Below are positions 1 through 12,517 of a stretch of 64,000 nucleotides of DNA, one piece after another; position 1 is the stretch's first letter; each line of letters opens with the position of its first letter. The translations under genes were made by a program, and so were the position numbers. Source of the DNA: Histomonas meleagridis 2922-C6/04-290x (lineage: Eukaryota > Protista > Parabasalia); assembly GCA_020184695.1 (NCBI GenBank), contig JAANOX010000232.1:124001-188000 (forward strand), read 5' to 3'. The notes under the pieces are model-generated. The model saw only the letters and a list, made by a program, of their open reading frames with translations. It was not told where the DNA came from and made no database searches.

Positions 1-403
1 CATAAATGAAAAATGTGTGTCTCATTTCGTCAAATTAATATCTAATAAAACATTAGTACCTGAAACGCGTTTAAATAACAGGTTTTAAATGTCGAAAATA
101 TTTTCGAACAAGGATTTTCAATTTTTTGGGTTGTGGAAAAGTCAATTTTATATAAAGTTTTGAATTGCTCTCACTTTCAGAGAATCGAAAATTTCATTCC
201 TTAAGCAAAACTCAATTTATAATAAAAAACATGCATCTAACTTAACACGTATTTTGAGCTAGAAGCAAACAAAGAAAATTATGGAATCTTTGAAATTTAT
301 TAGATAATTTTTTGTTCATATTAAAAACAATTTTTAGATTTAAATGATGATTTGCTTGGGCATGCACTTGAAAAATTCCAAATTTTAGAAGTTTGCTTGT
401 TTA

Positions 404-1012
404 TTATAATGCAGCCATTTTAACGAGATCTGGATTTTCTTCAATTTCTTCTTGATCTATTGGGATTTGTTCAATTGGTTTGCCTGTTGTCTTGCTAACA
501 TCTTTGGCAATTTCGTTATATACAAGACGAACAGCAAGTTCTTGATCTTCAGCTTCTGTATCTCCGTTCAATTCGTCCATAGTTTCGTCAAGCATTTCTT
601 CAGTGAGACCGGATTTCTCCATTTCTTGTTGAAGTTGCATCATTGTACGTTGCATTTCTGGAACTTTCACCATTTGATTCATCATACGTGTAACTTCAGC
701 AGACTTTTGGAATGTTCCACAAACTTTCACTTGGGCCATTTGTAGATCAATTTGACGAACCATTGAATCAAGTTGTGTGCATGTCTTTAACAACTTAGAA
801 CGGGTTTTCTTTGAATTTGCTATTTCTGCAATAAGTGGCATGACAGAGTCTTGATGTCCTTGTTTCATTAAAAGTTTTACCTTTTGTTTAATTTTGTCTT
901 CTTCTCTTTCGATTTTAAGCATTTGTCGATTAATTGCACGGCGTTCACTACGAATTGTTGTTTTCCATTGTTTTGCACGTTCTTGTGGAGTCAGCTTCTT
1001 TCCACCAAACAT
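404..1012 (-). CDS. VPS24: ESCRT-III subunit Vps24/CHMP3 (SNF7 family)
   Basis: MFGGKKLTPQERAKQWK...IRSERRAINRQ...QLQQEMEKSGLTEEMLDETMD fits CHMP3; ATG at 1012 chosen over the TTG start. Confidence 0.85.
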   Translation of the reverse strand: MFGGKKLTPQERAKQWKTTIRSERRAINRQMLKIEREEDKIKQKVKLLMKQGHQDSVMPLIAEIANSKKTRSKLLKTCTQLDSMVRQIDLQMAQVKVCGTFQKSAEVTRMMNQMVKVPEMQRTMMQLQQEMEKSGLTEEMLDETMDELNGDTEAEDQELAVRLVYNEIAKDVSKTTGKPIEQIPIDQEEIEENPDLVKMAAL

Positions 1013-1597
1013 TTTGTCTATTGTCAAAACCGTTGGTTTTAGTGCGGTTAAATGAAGGGTAACTTTTTGAACATTTTAAACATTTTGAGATATCTCATAG
1101 AAAATATTCTAATACTTATTACGGTTTTACTTTTCATATTTTGACTGCCACATGAATTTTCCGATAGATTTACGATACAACTTTTTGAGCCAGCTCCTTT
1201 GACGCGATCCTATATTTCTTATAGGTAAATGCAATATTCTTTAGATAAATTTCATATGCTTTCGGAATTAATTCATTTTGTTAATAATGAAAAATGGCAT
1301 TCATATAAATAAATTCTTTCATCATCATTGTTGTGATAAGCAGCAAATAAAAAATAGAATTCTTAATATATCATCTTACAATAACTATGATAAATTTATA
1401 TATTCGAATTATGGTAATACGGAATCTTTTAGATAAATTAGAAAAAGGATTCAATCAAAATATTTCACACACTCTAGAATCATATTAAAATTTTGCTGAA
1501 ATTAACAAATACCTATTTCCCAATATCAGAATAAAATCACAAGAAAATTTTAAAAAAATTAGAATCTTTATAATAATATTACAGAATATGTTATTGA

Positions 1598-2241
1598 TAA
1601 TGAAATTATTAATATTCCAAGTAATGCATTTAATGGATGGACAACGAGTAAATCGATTAATATGAGTAATTCAGTTACAACAATTGGAACTTATGCATTT
1701 CGTTATTGTTCGTTTATGAAAACAGTTATTATCATCAGCGAAAATATTTTCATATTTTTACAACAATTAGGATATAGTATTTCAAATATGTTCTTCATTA
1801 AAAAATATTGCAATACCTAATTCAGTTACAACATTTCAATTTTTTGCATTGAGTGATTGTTCCGATTTAAAATGTCAATTGAAAGTAATGCATTCTACAA
1901 TTGCAATGATTCGATGTGATTTATTTTGCAGATTATAAATCCCCAACATCTTTTGGTGAAAATGTATTTAATAGTGGACCATCTCAAAACACGACATTTG
2001 TACCACTTAATATAATCTATAACCTGGCTAATGAATATGATATTTATCTTTGGGCATTCTTACATTTACAGAATCAAACACATTCTCGGAAATGTACATT
2101 TCAAATACATTCTCTAAATCAAAAACATGTTGGATTTGTTTGCTTTTATTATCTGGTTATATTTTTATTAAAATTTTTGTGAAAAAAATCAGCATCTCCA
2201 GTATTCAATTGGGTACAACTTCCTATATTAAGTGGCTCTAG
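1598..2241 (+). pseudogene. Decayed BspA-like (TpLRR) leucine-rich-repeat surface protein
   Basis: Fragments in different frames: IPSNAFNG..NSVTTIGTYAFRYC, CSSLKNIAIPNSVTT, IESNAFYNC, SPTSFGENVF, TFTESNTFS; several stops and frameshifts. Confidence 0.7.
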
Positions 2242-2531
2242 TCTTTAAATATATATATATGATTTAATATTTAAAATTTTGGTGAAGTAATATAATGGAC
2301 AAAATCTATTAAATGTATCAAAGTCGCTCATTGCTTCCCAATTGACATTTGATAAAATTTTTTTGATTGTTTCCACTGTTGCGAAAACATAAACATAACT
2401 TGTTGACTCTTTGTTCTTCTTATGTTCCACAAATCAAAACAATTCATCTCTTTGCCAACATAATAACAATTGATTCCATTTACACATTACAAATCCAAAC
2501 AAAAAACTGATTTGAGGCGGAATTTACTGAC

Positions 2532-3884
2532 TTAGTCTTCCATTGCTTCTCCTTCGCCTTCGCCTTCTTCCTCTTCTTCTCCGACTTCATCAATTCCAAC
2601 TGTTTCGTACATTTCGTACTCCTGTATCAAGTCGGTCATGTTCGATCTCGCCTCATCGAATTCGACTGTTTCGAGTCCTTCGTTGACGTACCAATGGATG
2701 AAAGCTCTTCGCGCGTACATCTTTTGGAACTGTGAGTCGACGCGTGTGAACAATTCTCTGAATGCTGTTGTGTTGCCGATGAATGTCGCAGCCATCTTAA
2801 GACCACGCGGTGGGATATCGCAGATGGAGCTCTTCACATTGTTTGGTATCCATTCGACGAAGTACGACGTGTTACGTGCTTGGATGTTAAGCATTTGCTC
2901 ATCGACTTCTTTGGATGACATTCTTCCACGGAAATGTGCGGAAACAGTTAAGTAGACACCACGGCGTGGGTCGCAGGCGGCCATCATGTTCTTGTTGTCG
3001 AATAATTGTGACGTAAGTTCGGGTACTGTTAATGCGCGATATTGTTGTGAGCCACGGGAGGTGAGTGGAGCGAAGCCTACGATGAAGAAGTGAAGACGTG
3101 GGAATGGGACAAGGTTAACTGCGAGCTTACGAAGATCAGAGTTAAGTTGACCTGGGAATCTTAATGAGCATGTAGTACCGGACATAACCATTGATACAAG
3201 ATGGTTAAGATCGCCATATGTGGGTGTGGTAAGCTTTAAGGTACGGAAACAAATGTCATAAAGTGCTTCGTTATCAATGCAGAAAACTTCATCAGCAGAT
3301 TCAACAAGTTGGTGAACAGAAAGAGTGCAGTTATATGGTTCGACAACGGTGTCAGATACTTTTGGTGATGGAACAATGGAATAGGTGGAAAGAATACGAT
3401 CAGGATATTCTTCACGGAGCTTGTTAAGAAGAAGTGTACCAAGACCTGAGCCTGTACCACCACCAAGTGAGTGAACAAGTTGGAATCCTTGAAGTGCATC
3501 GCAGGATTCAGCTTCTTTACGAACGACATCAAGAATTGATTCTGCAAGTTCTTGACCTTCAGTGTAATAGCCCTTAGCCCAGTTGTTACCAGCGCCTGAT
3601 TGACCGAAAACGAAGTTATCTGGACGGAACAATTGACCATATTGTCCAGCACGAACTGCATCCATAGTACCTGGCTCAAGATCAACAAGAACTGCACGTG
3701 GGACGTATTTACCACCAGTGGCTTCGTTGTAGTAAACGTTAATTCTTTCTAATTGAAGATCGCTATCCCCATGGAAAGAACCTGTTGGGTCAATACCATG
3801 TTCATCTGAGATAACTTCCCAGAACTTAGCACCGATTTGGTTACCGCACTGTCCAGCTTGGATGTGTACGATTTCACGAACCAT
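2532..3884 (-). CDS. TUBB: Beta-tubulin, trichomonad type
   Basis: [25 protein letters not shown] motif, acidic C-terminal tail. Confidence 0.99.
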   Translation of the reverse strand: MVREIVHIQAGQCGNQIGAKFWEVISDEHGIDPTGSFHGDSDLQLERINVYYNEATGGKYVPRAVLVDLEPGTMDAVRAGQYGQLFRPDNFVFGQSGAGNNWAKGYYTEGQELAESILDVVRKEAESCDALQGFQLVHSLGGGTGSGLGTLLLNKLREEYPDRILSTYSIVPSPKVSDTVVEPYNCTLSVHQLVESADEVFCIDNEALYDICFRTLKLTTPTYGDLNHLVSMVMSGTTCSLRFPGQLNSDLRKLAVNLVPFPRLHFFIVGFAPLTSRGSQQYRALTVPELTSQLFDNKNMMAACDPRRGVYLTVSAHFRGRMSSKEVDEQMLNIQARNTSYFVEWIPNNVKSSICDIPPRGLKMAATFIGNTTAFRELFTRVDSQFQKMYARRAFIHWYVNEGLETVEFDEARSNMTDLIQEYEMYETVGIDEVGEEEEEGEGEGEAMED

Positions 3885-4376
3885 AAATGTTTGTGAGGTG
3901 AATTGTGAAAATTCAAAAAGATACGTTATTCGATAGGATATTTAACCGCGCTTTTTGTTTGAAATCTTCGAAATAACGTACAAACGACAAGACCAAAGAT
4001 TGCGTTTGACAAATAGAAGAACAAATGTATCTGCATAATAACAAGTGAAACACGATTTGCAGCCAAAGAAGAAATATTAAGCTAAAAAGTAGCACAAAAA
4101 AAATTGTGCATTTTTAATCGAATAAATAATAATATCCTAAGTTTTTATTAAACATTTACTGAAAAAGACTCGTGCTGAATTGCTACAATTGTTCAAAAGA
4201 AGAGATAAGAAAAAAAGAATAATGAATAAATTAATACAAATTCATTTTCTAACTCAAATGAACTTAGTTTTGACAAGAGAGATATTGCTATAAGGGATGG
4301 TTTTGTTGATATTTACAAGTACCACCTAATTACATATCACAAGAAAGAAAACAAAACCGTTTATTTGGTTCTTCAT

Positions 4377-5975
4377 ATGAGCAAAAAACAAGAACCAAAA
4401 CAAGATGATGACAAACTTTCAAGGTTAGTTTCTTATTTTGACGAAAAAGAAAAATATTGCAAAACGATTTGTTTACGGAATGACGAATTTTCTAAATTAT
4501 TATCAATACTCAATGATTTTTATCCGCAACTGATAAATATATATGAAAATATTTTATCTATAGACGGAGGCAAAAACACCAATTTATCAGGAATTTATCA
4601 GAATGATTTTGCTCAAATTTCCAATTTCATTGCTTCATTCGTTTTGACAAAAGTTTCCCAAACCATTCTTGATGAAACAACTTTTTCGAATTTTAAAACA
4701 GCACAAACGGAATTTTCACAAATTTTATCAATTCAGATCCCTTTTTTTCTTTCACCATTCAAGTCAACAACATTCAACATCAACAAAGTTTTAAAGACCG
4801 GCGATGTTACATCTTATGTCCGCATCAACCAATCTAATCCAGAACATAAGTTAGAGTCCCTCCAACAATTTAATAACATTATTATGCAAAGTCTTACAAA
4901 GCTCACATACAAGCTAAGCACTCTTCAAGGGGATGCATCCCAGTTCATTACATACACAAAATATCCATCTCCATCACTTATCAAAGATTATCCCGATTTT
5001 AAAAATGAGCTTCAAACCAATTCAGAGCATCAAAAATCCCTTGAAAACGCTATTCTGACAATATCTCCACAAATTGTAAAGCTTAAAGAGCAACAATTAC
5101 AAATCTCAAATCTTTCCAAATTACATTTTTCAACATATTCCGACCTTCAACAAACACATTCGACTTTAACAGAATGCCTAAAAGAGAATTGTACTGCCGA
5201 ACTTGAATTTCTTAAGCTGAAACTCATTAAACAAGCAGAACAAGACTACGAATTCTTTAATTACGAATCTTTCACGCAAAAAATTATTTCATTTCACGAA
5301 ACAGAATCAAAACTTATCGAGTCGTTGGGTCAAGATATTACTTCTGAGCAATTAAGTTCTTATTTAGAAGAACTTCAAAGACTTTGTAATCAATTTGATT
5401 ATGACAACGATCAACTTACCAAAAAAGTTGCCGTCAAAACAAGAACAGAAGAAACCTTTACCGAAAAGTATCCTAAGACGAACTCGGAACCTCCGCAGAG
5501 GCTACTGAAGAGCAGAGAGCGCTGCAAAGCACTCGAAAAAAAGTACAAAAATCAAATTGAGTACTTGAAAAACGGTTTTGATCGACTAACCGAAAAGTGC
5601 GCACAAATTTCTGATGAATCAAATTCGATGTTTTTGTTGTATGATTCATTAGAAAATTCATCGAAGATTACAGAGTTTTTCGCTTCAAGTTCAAGTATGG
5701 ATTGGTTGGATTCGATAATATTGCATTTGAAAACAGAAATCGAAAAGAAAAAGAAAGAATTAAACGATATCAAAAATCAAATCGAAAACATAAGAAAAGG
5801 AATTGTGGCAAATAATAGTAACATTTGTCATCATCAAAAGGATGTATGTATATGTAATTGTGGACATACATTTTGTAAGAACTGTATCGATAATTATGTA
5901 AAAGAAAACGGCGAAAATTGTCCAATCTGTAAATCGCATTTTGCTCCTGATGAATTGATTCAAATTGTTTGGTAA
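4377..5975 (+). CDS. Coiled-coil protein with C-terminal RING finger (BRE1-like E3 ligase architecture)
   Basis: Long heptad-rich region followed by ICHHQKD..CGHTFCKNC..CPIC; ATG at 4377. Confidence 0.75.
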   Translation: MSKKQEPKQDDDKLSRLVSYFDEKEKYCKTICLRNDEFSKLLSILNDFYPQLINIYENILSIDGGKNTNLSGIYQNDFAQISNFIASFVLTKVSQTILDETTFSNFKTAQTEFSQILSIQIPFFLSPFKSTTFNINKVLKTGDVTSYVRINQSNPEHKLESLQQFNNIIMQSLTKLTYKLSTLQGDASQFITYTKYPSPSLIKDYPDFKNELQTNSEHQKSLENAILTISPQIVKLKEQQLQISNLSKLHFSTYSDLQQTHSTLTECLKENCTAELEFLKLKLIKQAEQDYEFFNYESFTQKIISFHETESKLIESLGQDITSEQLSSYLEELQRLCNQFDYDNDQLTKKVAVKTRTEETFTEKYPKTNSEPPQRLLKSRERCKALEKKYKNQIEYLKNGFDRLTEKCAQISDESNSMFLLYDSLENSSKITEFFASSSSMDWLDSIILHLKTEIEKKKKELNDIKNQIENIRKGIVANNSNICHHQKDVCICNCGHTFCKNCIDNYVKENGENCPICKSHFAPDELIQIVW

Positions 5976-6632
5976 AAAATTGTTTTATTTTAGTTTTTAG
6001 AATCGGAATATAAAAAGGCATCTCGATACAGAAAAACGTGTCTGATAAATATTTGTAATTTAAGTTTTTTTGAAAGGGTCAAAATTGACAATACATCCAA
6101 AAGGTATAAATATTGGAATAATATTAATGATTAAGGTGAATCTGTTGTGATGGATATTGTCGAATTTAATGACGAACTAGTTAACTCAAACAATTATGCC
6201 TAAATCCATAAATGATATCGTCAATATGGTCATTCAATGGATATAATATTATTCTTCCAAAATGAATTTAACACAAGAAAACGAACCACGTGGTCCAGAT
6301 CCTTATAATATTAAGAATTGGATTCCCACGTTTTAAACGAAAGTTCTCAGTGCACATATACAGAATTGTATTAATGCTACGGATCAGATAACAAAGTTAT
6401 ATAATGGAGTAATACCACATAACCAAACGAAAAACCGCATTAGTACTGCTTTTCTTCCTAAATACATTACTAAACTGATTCTTTCAATACACAAATACAT
6501 TGTAATGTTACTCAGTAAATTTCCGTATTATCTAAAAATTGCAATGTAAATATCATATACAAGATCTTTACCGCCAAAAGCAAGAAGTTTCTGATCCATT
6601 GATACGTTTTTTTCAAATGCTTAACATCGATG

Positions 6633-7709
6633 TTATGCCTCATAGCAGCGCGTTTTCTTCAGTTTAGCGTAGAAGTCGTCGCCTTCTTTTGGAACCATGT
6701 CAACCGATACATTAATTTCGATATTTGTTTTAGTTATTACTGGGCGGTATATTGGCACTGAAAGTATATCATACACGTATGCAAACCCTGTCCAGAGCGC
6801 CATCATTGCCTTCGCAGCGGCCGTGTTCATTGGACCAGAACCTTTTTTCCCCACTAAAACGTAGTGCGTTTTATGCGCGCTCATTTTGTAGCCACTTATA
6901 TCTTCCCATTTGATTGTCCCGCCATTTTGATCTTTTTCTGGCAAAGATTTCAGATACAAATCGCGAAATGTGGACAAGTAATCCAAAACTTTGGCCGAAT
7001 ATGAAGCGTTTAGCTCAGTTTGGACCCATGCGTAGTCTCCAAATTCAGGGAGATAATATGTTGTTGATGCATTTGTAGAATTAATTTTAACGGTTGAAGG
7101 ATTACATGTATAATAAATGCTGTGCTTGCCACTTCCTTCTCTTGAAGAACCTGTAAAACCGATTTCAAGATATGGAAAGCCATTAATCATTTCATTAAGA
7201 TCACTTTCATATGATGAAAAAGGCTGAGAATAACTTATCGCATTATCTACAACATCAGAATTACTTATAAATATGGGAGTAATAATTTCAAGTACAATTG
7301 TTAGACTTATACAAATTACAAATGAAATGTATATTAAAGGATTACTCTCACGATATAAAAAAATGGGTAAAAATACAAAAAATAGAACAATGCTACAATA
7401 ATATACCCAATACATTGCAATTGTCAATCCAGAAATTTCTCCAAAAAAATCAAGGTCTGGATGCTCTTTTTTAGCCTTAAGGTACTTGCTCCGAGGAATA
7501 AAGAATGAGCAAAAGAAAAGCAAAGTGAAAAAAATAATGAAGAAGGTACTTATACAGATTGCAACCCAAGGAATTTTTTGTGCGCTTTTTTCATTTTTAT
7601 CATTTTTTTCTGGAGGGTTCTGTGATGGAAGAACTAAATCGTTTAAATGTCTTTCTTGATCATCAAGGGATTCTAAATTCATTTTGAACAGTTTACTTTT
7701 AACGATCAT
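6633..7709 (-). CDS. Hypothetical multi-pass membrane protein
   Basis: 358-aa ORF with three N-terminal hydrophobic helices and one near the C-terminus. Confidence 0.75.
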   Translation of the reverse strand: MIVKSKLFKMNLESLDDQERHLNDLVLPSQNPPEKNDKNEKSAQKIPWVAICISTFFIIFFTLLFFCSFFIPRSKYLKAKKEHPDLDFFGEISGLTIAMYWVYYCSIVLFFVFLPIFLYRESNPLIYISFVICISLTIVLEIITPIFISNSDVVDNAISYSQPFSSYESDLNEMINGFPYLEIGFTGSSREGSGKHSIYYTCNPSTVKINSTNASTTYYLPEFGDYAWVQTELNASYSAKVLDYLSTFRDLYLKSLPEKDQNGGTIKWEDISGYKMSAHKTHYVLVGKKGSGPMNTAAAKAMMALWTGFAYVYDILSVPIYRPVITKTNIEINVSVDMVPKEGDDFYAKLKKTRCYEA

Positions 7710-8546
7710 AACTTACCGGTTAATTCTTAAGAAGTTTACTATTGAATTTTGAATTCATTTTGAGCTAATGTAATTTGATTTTCCATCATTGTTTTGAAAA
7801 ATGAAGATAATTGAACAATACGATAATAAATTTGTTTGAGTTTCTTTTGTGGTTCACTAGATGTCAAAGGAATGATTACAATCAACTCCTTTAATATTTG
7901 ATCATTTCATATGCATTTTCAATTATTTCTTCTATTTCATCAATACGAATTTTACAAAATTCTTCATTTGCAAACGGATCAGTGAAATTGATATTGGGAA
8001 ACTTCGAAATCGCATATACGTAACTTTTGAAGTTTCTCATCCTACATTCAAACAAAATAAGTCAATTCTGTTTTATTTACATCTTAACGTTCCCAATTGA
8101 CATTTTGTTCGTTGTTTTTTGGTCAATTTCATTGATGAAACATCTTGTTGTTTGTCTTTTAAAAAATGTTTTTAAAGCAAAAGTGCAATTATTTTTAAAT
8201 TAACTAATTTACTTAGGAATCAAGAAAAAATTGCTGAAATAATAAATTTTTTTTGATATTAAAGGAGGAAATTTGACTGCAATTTAAAGAATTTAAATAA
8301 GCACTTTCATTGAAATTTTTGATTTTAAAAGCTTACTTTAGGATGAAGGGTAGGAGATATGTTTCTTGAAGTCAATTTCTTTCCAAAATTGTTTTTTTTG
8401 ATTTACAAAAAACGAAATTAATACAATATGTAAAAACAGTTTTTTGAATTAGCTTGACAAAATTTCCTAAACTTTTTCAACACTAATTTGATCGATTATA
8501 TTCAATTGGTTAAGTGGTCGGAGAAAATTTCTTCATTTTAATAAAA

Positions 8547-9356
8547 ATGTCCTCAAGAAACGATTATGAAAAATTATTCTTACAGCATGGATACTCAAGA
8601 GATGAAATATGTTCAATGCCAGAAAAAGTTTTTCAAAGAACATTAGAATCATTTTTGAATGAAGGACAATCTCCTGAAATGAGTTATTACCCAGAAACCC
8701 AATACAGATACGTTTCACAAAGGCAAGCTCAAGAAAATCAAAAGAGATATGAAGAATATTTTGCTAATCTCCAAAGTCAACAAGGACAAAACCCAGATTA
8801 TCCACAAGACTATAACGAAGATGAAGCAATAAGGTTAGCAATGCAACGATCCTTAGAAGAAAATTATGCACATCCAGAACAAGAATGTCCACAATTTACA
8901 TACAATAACCAACCAAATTATCAAAGTGCAAGAGATATAATTCATGATCAGAACTGTGAGTATAGAGATGCTTGCGACCAAGCATTTCAGACTGAAATGG
9001 AAAATAATCACAATAGACATTATGAAGAAAACGAAGCAATAATTCGAGAGGAGGAGCACAACCAACGTGAAGCTGAAGTTATTGGAAGGTATTATGGATT
9101 GAAACCAGAGCCAGAATCAGGAATTGCAATTGCCGTTAATTTATTTGGTCAAAGGATTATCAGAAAATTCGATCCAAACGAATTGGCAAAAGACATATAT
9201 TCATGGGTTGCAGGGCAAACAATTAATGAGGAACAAAAGCTTTATTTTGATATGTTCAATTTGAGATTGCCAAACGGTCAAGTCCTGAATCCTGATATGA
9301 CGATTGGAGAACAAGGTATAAGGGGACGCACAATGTTACAAATTGAGATGCTTTAG
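8547..9356 (+). CDS. UIM- and UBX-domain protein (p97/Cdc48 adaptor-like)
   Basis: UIM EDEAIRLAMQRSLEE; C-terminal UBX-like IAVNLFGQRIIRKF...TIGEQGIRGRTMLQIE; ATG at 8547. Confidence 0.75.
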   Translation: MSSRNDYEKLFLQHGYSRDEICSMPEKVFQRTLESFLNEGQSPEMSYYPETQYRYVSQRQAQENQKRYEEYFANLQSQQGQNPDYPQDYNEDEAIRLAMQRSLEENYAHPEQECPQFTYNNQPNYQSARDIIHDQNCEYRDACDQAFQTEMENNHNRHYEENEAIIREEEHNQREAEVIGRYYGLKPEPESGIAIAVNLFGQRIIRKFDPNELAKDIYSWVAGQTINEEQKLYFDMFNLRLPNGQVLNPDMTIGEQGIRGRTMLQIEML

Positions 9357-9382
9357 ATAGAAGAATAAAAATGTTAATTTAT

Positions 9383-9619
9383 TTATTGTGTCGAATTTGA
9401 TTCATTTTTTTCTTTTTTTGTACTTGACTTATCTTTACCAGTGCTTGATATGCTCTTATAGTATTGGTGAATAAGTTTTGGACAATTAATGTTTTCAATA
9501 GGTTCGAGTGTATCTTCTTCAGGCGGATATCCTTTCCATCTAATTCGAAAATATGTAACGCCATTAATAATTTTATGAGACACAATCTTTTCAACCTCAT
9601 ATACTTCTTCTTCGCTCAT
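9383..9619 (-). CDS. Small stand-alone chromodomain protein
   Basis: EVYEVEKIV...YFRIRWKGYPPEEDTLEP..NINCPKLI; ATG at 9619 (78 aa). Confidence 0.85.
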   Translation of the reverse strand: MSEEEVYEVEKIVSHKIINGVTYFRIRWKGYPPEEDTLEPIENINCPKLIHQYYKSISSTGKDKSSTKKEKNESNSTQ

Positions 9620-11516
9620 CGATGAGCAAATTTGCAAATTTTCTTTTAGTTTCTAAAAATTGCTTCAAAAACATAACCGCCGATTTTATCACAGGTCACT
9701 TTTTTTGCGAAAAAGCGACCCAATGTTTTCACACTTTTTGTAAGCCATACAAATATTCTGGTGGCCCAGAAAATTTGAGATCATCACCATTCAAATCGAT
9801 CTGACAATGATTGTGGTGGTTTGAAAAAAAGCATTAAATGCAAAAGGAATCCATTTTGTTCAACTTTCTGATTTATCACATGCAGTATTATTCCATTGTG
9901 AAAGAACTATGTATAATATGTTGGTCAAAAATATAAAAATTCAAATGAAAAAAATTTCATTTGTTCAATCTTTACAGGAAATTCAAGTCATTATGTTTCA
10001 TTTTTAGTAACAATACGAAGCTCGCCTCAGCCAGTTTTGTTCGATAATGTGTAAGTGAAAGCTCAAAGATCATTTATAAAAAAATGCTCAACTTTTCAAT
10101 TTTTAAAAATGACAGTTTCATACATATCATTTTGGCATGCATGCCAGTGCATGGAGAAAATTTTCTCCCCTCAAAAGATCAAAAGCAAATTGTATGATTT
10201 ACGAAAAACTATTGATCAAAATTGTGACGGGAAGTTTCAATTTTTGAGAAGTTTCCATCTCACTACACAAAAAGTTTGCTCCTTTTCGTTTTTGTTCTTC
10301 AACGTTTGGGAGTGATTTTTCGTTCTGAGCCCATATTTGCTTACCTAATATTGGAATTTTAAAGGCGTTATTAATCGAACAAAGTTCATACCAAACTTGA
10401 ATGATGTAAATACCGGATTTTTACATTACGTTGGAGGAAGAACATTTTCCTTAGGCAACTTACAATCAATTAGAGACTTGATCTTCATTAGAAAAATAAA
10501 TCCAAAAAAATTGATCGAACATTATTAATTTTTTGTTAATAATAGGGTTGTTTTCCGTTCCTTCTTGACTTCATTTTTCTGATTTGAACAGAAACAATTT
10601 TGGAGATTTTTTTTGGATTCTTGGAAGAATATAATGTCATCACTTTTCCAATCTGATATTGATTATGATATTTTTGCTTCTTTTGTCGAAGTCTGTTTTT
10701 CAATGTTAGTAACTAAATGAAAGTATAAAAAATGTCTTATAAAAACAAACCTTCAATGTAATATAGTTTGCGCCTTGTCTGCCAATATCAATTTTTGTGT
10801 TTATTGTAATAATATAAAAAAAATTGAAAAAAATGCAAAAGTATTTTCTTTCCTTTTCAGTAAGATACAATACATTTAGTGTATGAAACGTCTGTGATGT
10901 TAACGTTGATAAATATAGATTGTTGCAAGTTGAAATATTATTATTTTTAAAGTTCCTTCATTTATAATCAATCTTGATGTAACACTTATGATTACACTAA
11001 GATAATGCATTTTATTTTTCTTTTCCATTCTAATAATGAAGGAAACTTTCTCCGAAAATTATATCATCAACCAGAACTTTGTATGAATTTGGAACGTGGT
11101 GCTGTTAAACCCCCAGAAAATTCTCAATGTGAATTCAATTTCACCATACTTTTGAATACTTCGATATTGAATGTATTGAAACAATTGTAAACAATTGCAA
11201 GAAAATTATTATTCAAGAATTTTGGAACAATAAAAGTATATATGATAATAATTTTCAATTGTAATATACAAGGAGCTAATGTGTATCTGAAATTTGCTGA
11301 AGTATAAGAATGTATCAAGTGTATATTCGGATATAATTATTTTGTTTACAAATAAATTTCTTTCAATTATTTGGTCACTTCACTTACATGAAAACAACAC
11401 ATGCTATTCCGGACCTTTTCTCTCAATTCTGTTCCGATTCAATTGAAATATTTCAATGATTATTGGCAGTTAAAACTTTAGTTTTGAATTGATTATGGCT
11501 TTTTCAGTTTTTGCGG

Positions 11517-11969
11517 TTAATTCTTTCTACGTTGGTTCACCAATTGAAATTTTATAGCATTCCCTTCCATAAATAAATATTGGTAAGAATCTGAATCAGA
11601 GTTTGACGAGTTTGAATTAGGTTTTTCCATTTCGTTTCTCGACTCAATTTTATCTGTTCTAATATCTAACACGCGAGCCATTTCTCTCGCGATAGATTGA
11701 TTTTCTTTTGAAAATAAGTCAACAAGTCGATCAATTCTACTGACAATTTTACATTCGAGCACGTCACCTTTTTTTATACCTTGGTTTCTCAAAGTATCAG
11801 AAGGATTTAGAACGCATCCATTATGAAATAGATATACTCTTTCGTTATCGAAACACGAAAATTGTAGCAAATTAGCCAGTTCTGCTGCTGTTGATGAACT
11901 ATGTGTAACAACAGGGAGAATTGCACCAGGCAGCCACTGAATATTGACCTTCAATTCATCGTCATTCAT
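11517..11969 (-). CDS. Ubiquitin-like fold hypothetical protein
   Basis: VYLFHNGCVLNPSDTLRNQGIKKGDVLEC resembles a Ubl C-terminal half; ATG at 11969. Confidence 0.65.
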   Translation of the reverse strand: MNDDELKVNIQWLPGAILPVVTHSSSTAAELANLLQFSCFDNERVYLFHNGCVLNPSDTLRNQGIKKGDVLECKIVSRIDRLVDLFSKENQSIAREMARVLDIRTDKIESRNEMEKPNSNSSNSDSDSYQYLFMEGNAIKFQLVNQRRKN

Positions 11970-12517
11970 ATGGCTTTCTGGGGAGAGCAATTCTGGAACC
12001 AATCATTCAAAAAGTGTTGGGTTTCTGGGAAATTTTTGAAACGGTTTGTTTCAAATTTGATTGGGATAGCCGCCATGAAATCAAAATCCGCTGTTAAATT
12101 TGGAGGTTGATTTTACCCTGAAAATCTTCGACAGAATTCAAAATGCAAACAAACTTTTTCTTGAACACTTCTATATCAACTAAAAATATCTTGAAAGAAA
12201 TAGTTTTTGTCCGAAGAAGAAAAGAACTTTTTTGAATCTTAATAATAAATCATCACAATAAATGTCATTTTTTAATGCAAGTTGTTTCATATTAGATCTG
12301 TTTGCATTTAATACAAGAGAAAATCTGGTATTGAAATGTATTTTTCCAATATGCCAAATGTTAACATTTATAATGTTTTTCCTTGGTCTCATGCATGTAT
12401 CATTTTGTTACAGATTTATTCAGCTTTATAATTTTTAAACATTCTATGTAACATATCCTCTTAATTTAAAACTAATTATTAGAAATAAAAAAATTTTATT
12501 AATAAATCGTGGACTGT

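Noticed and set aside
2638-3715. Alternative-frame and antisense ORFs within beta-tubulin, and similar shadows in RPS5, RPL23, Akt-like and other genes
   Set aside because: Expected by-products of codon bias in conserved genes; no recognisable motifs
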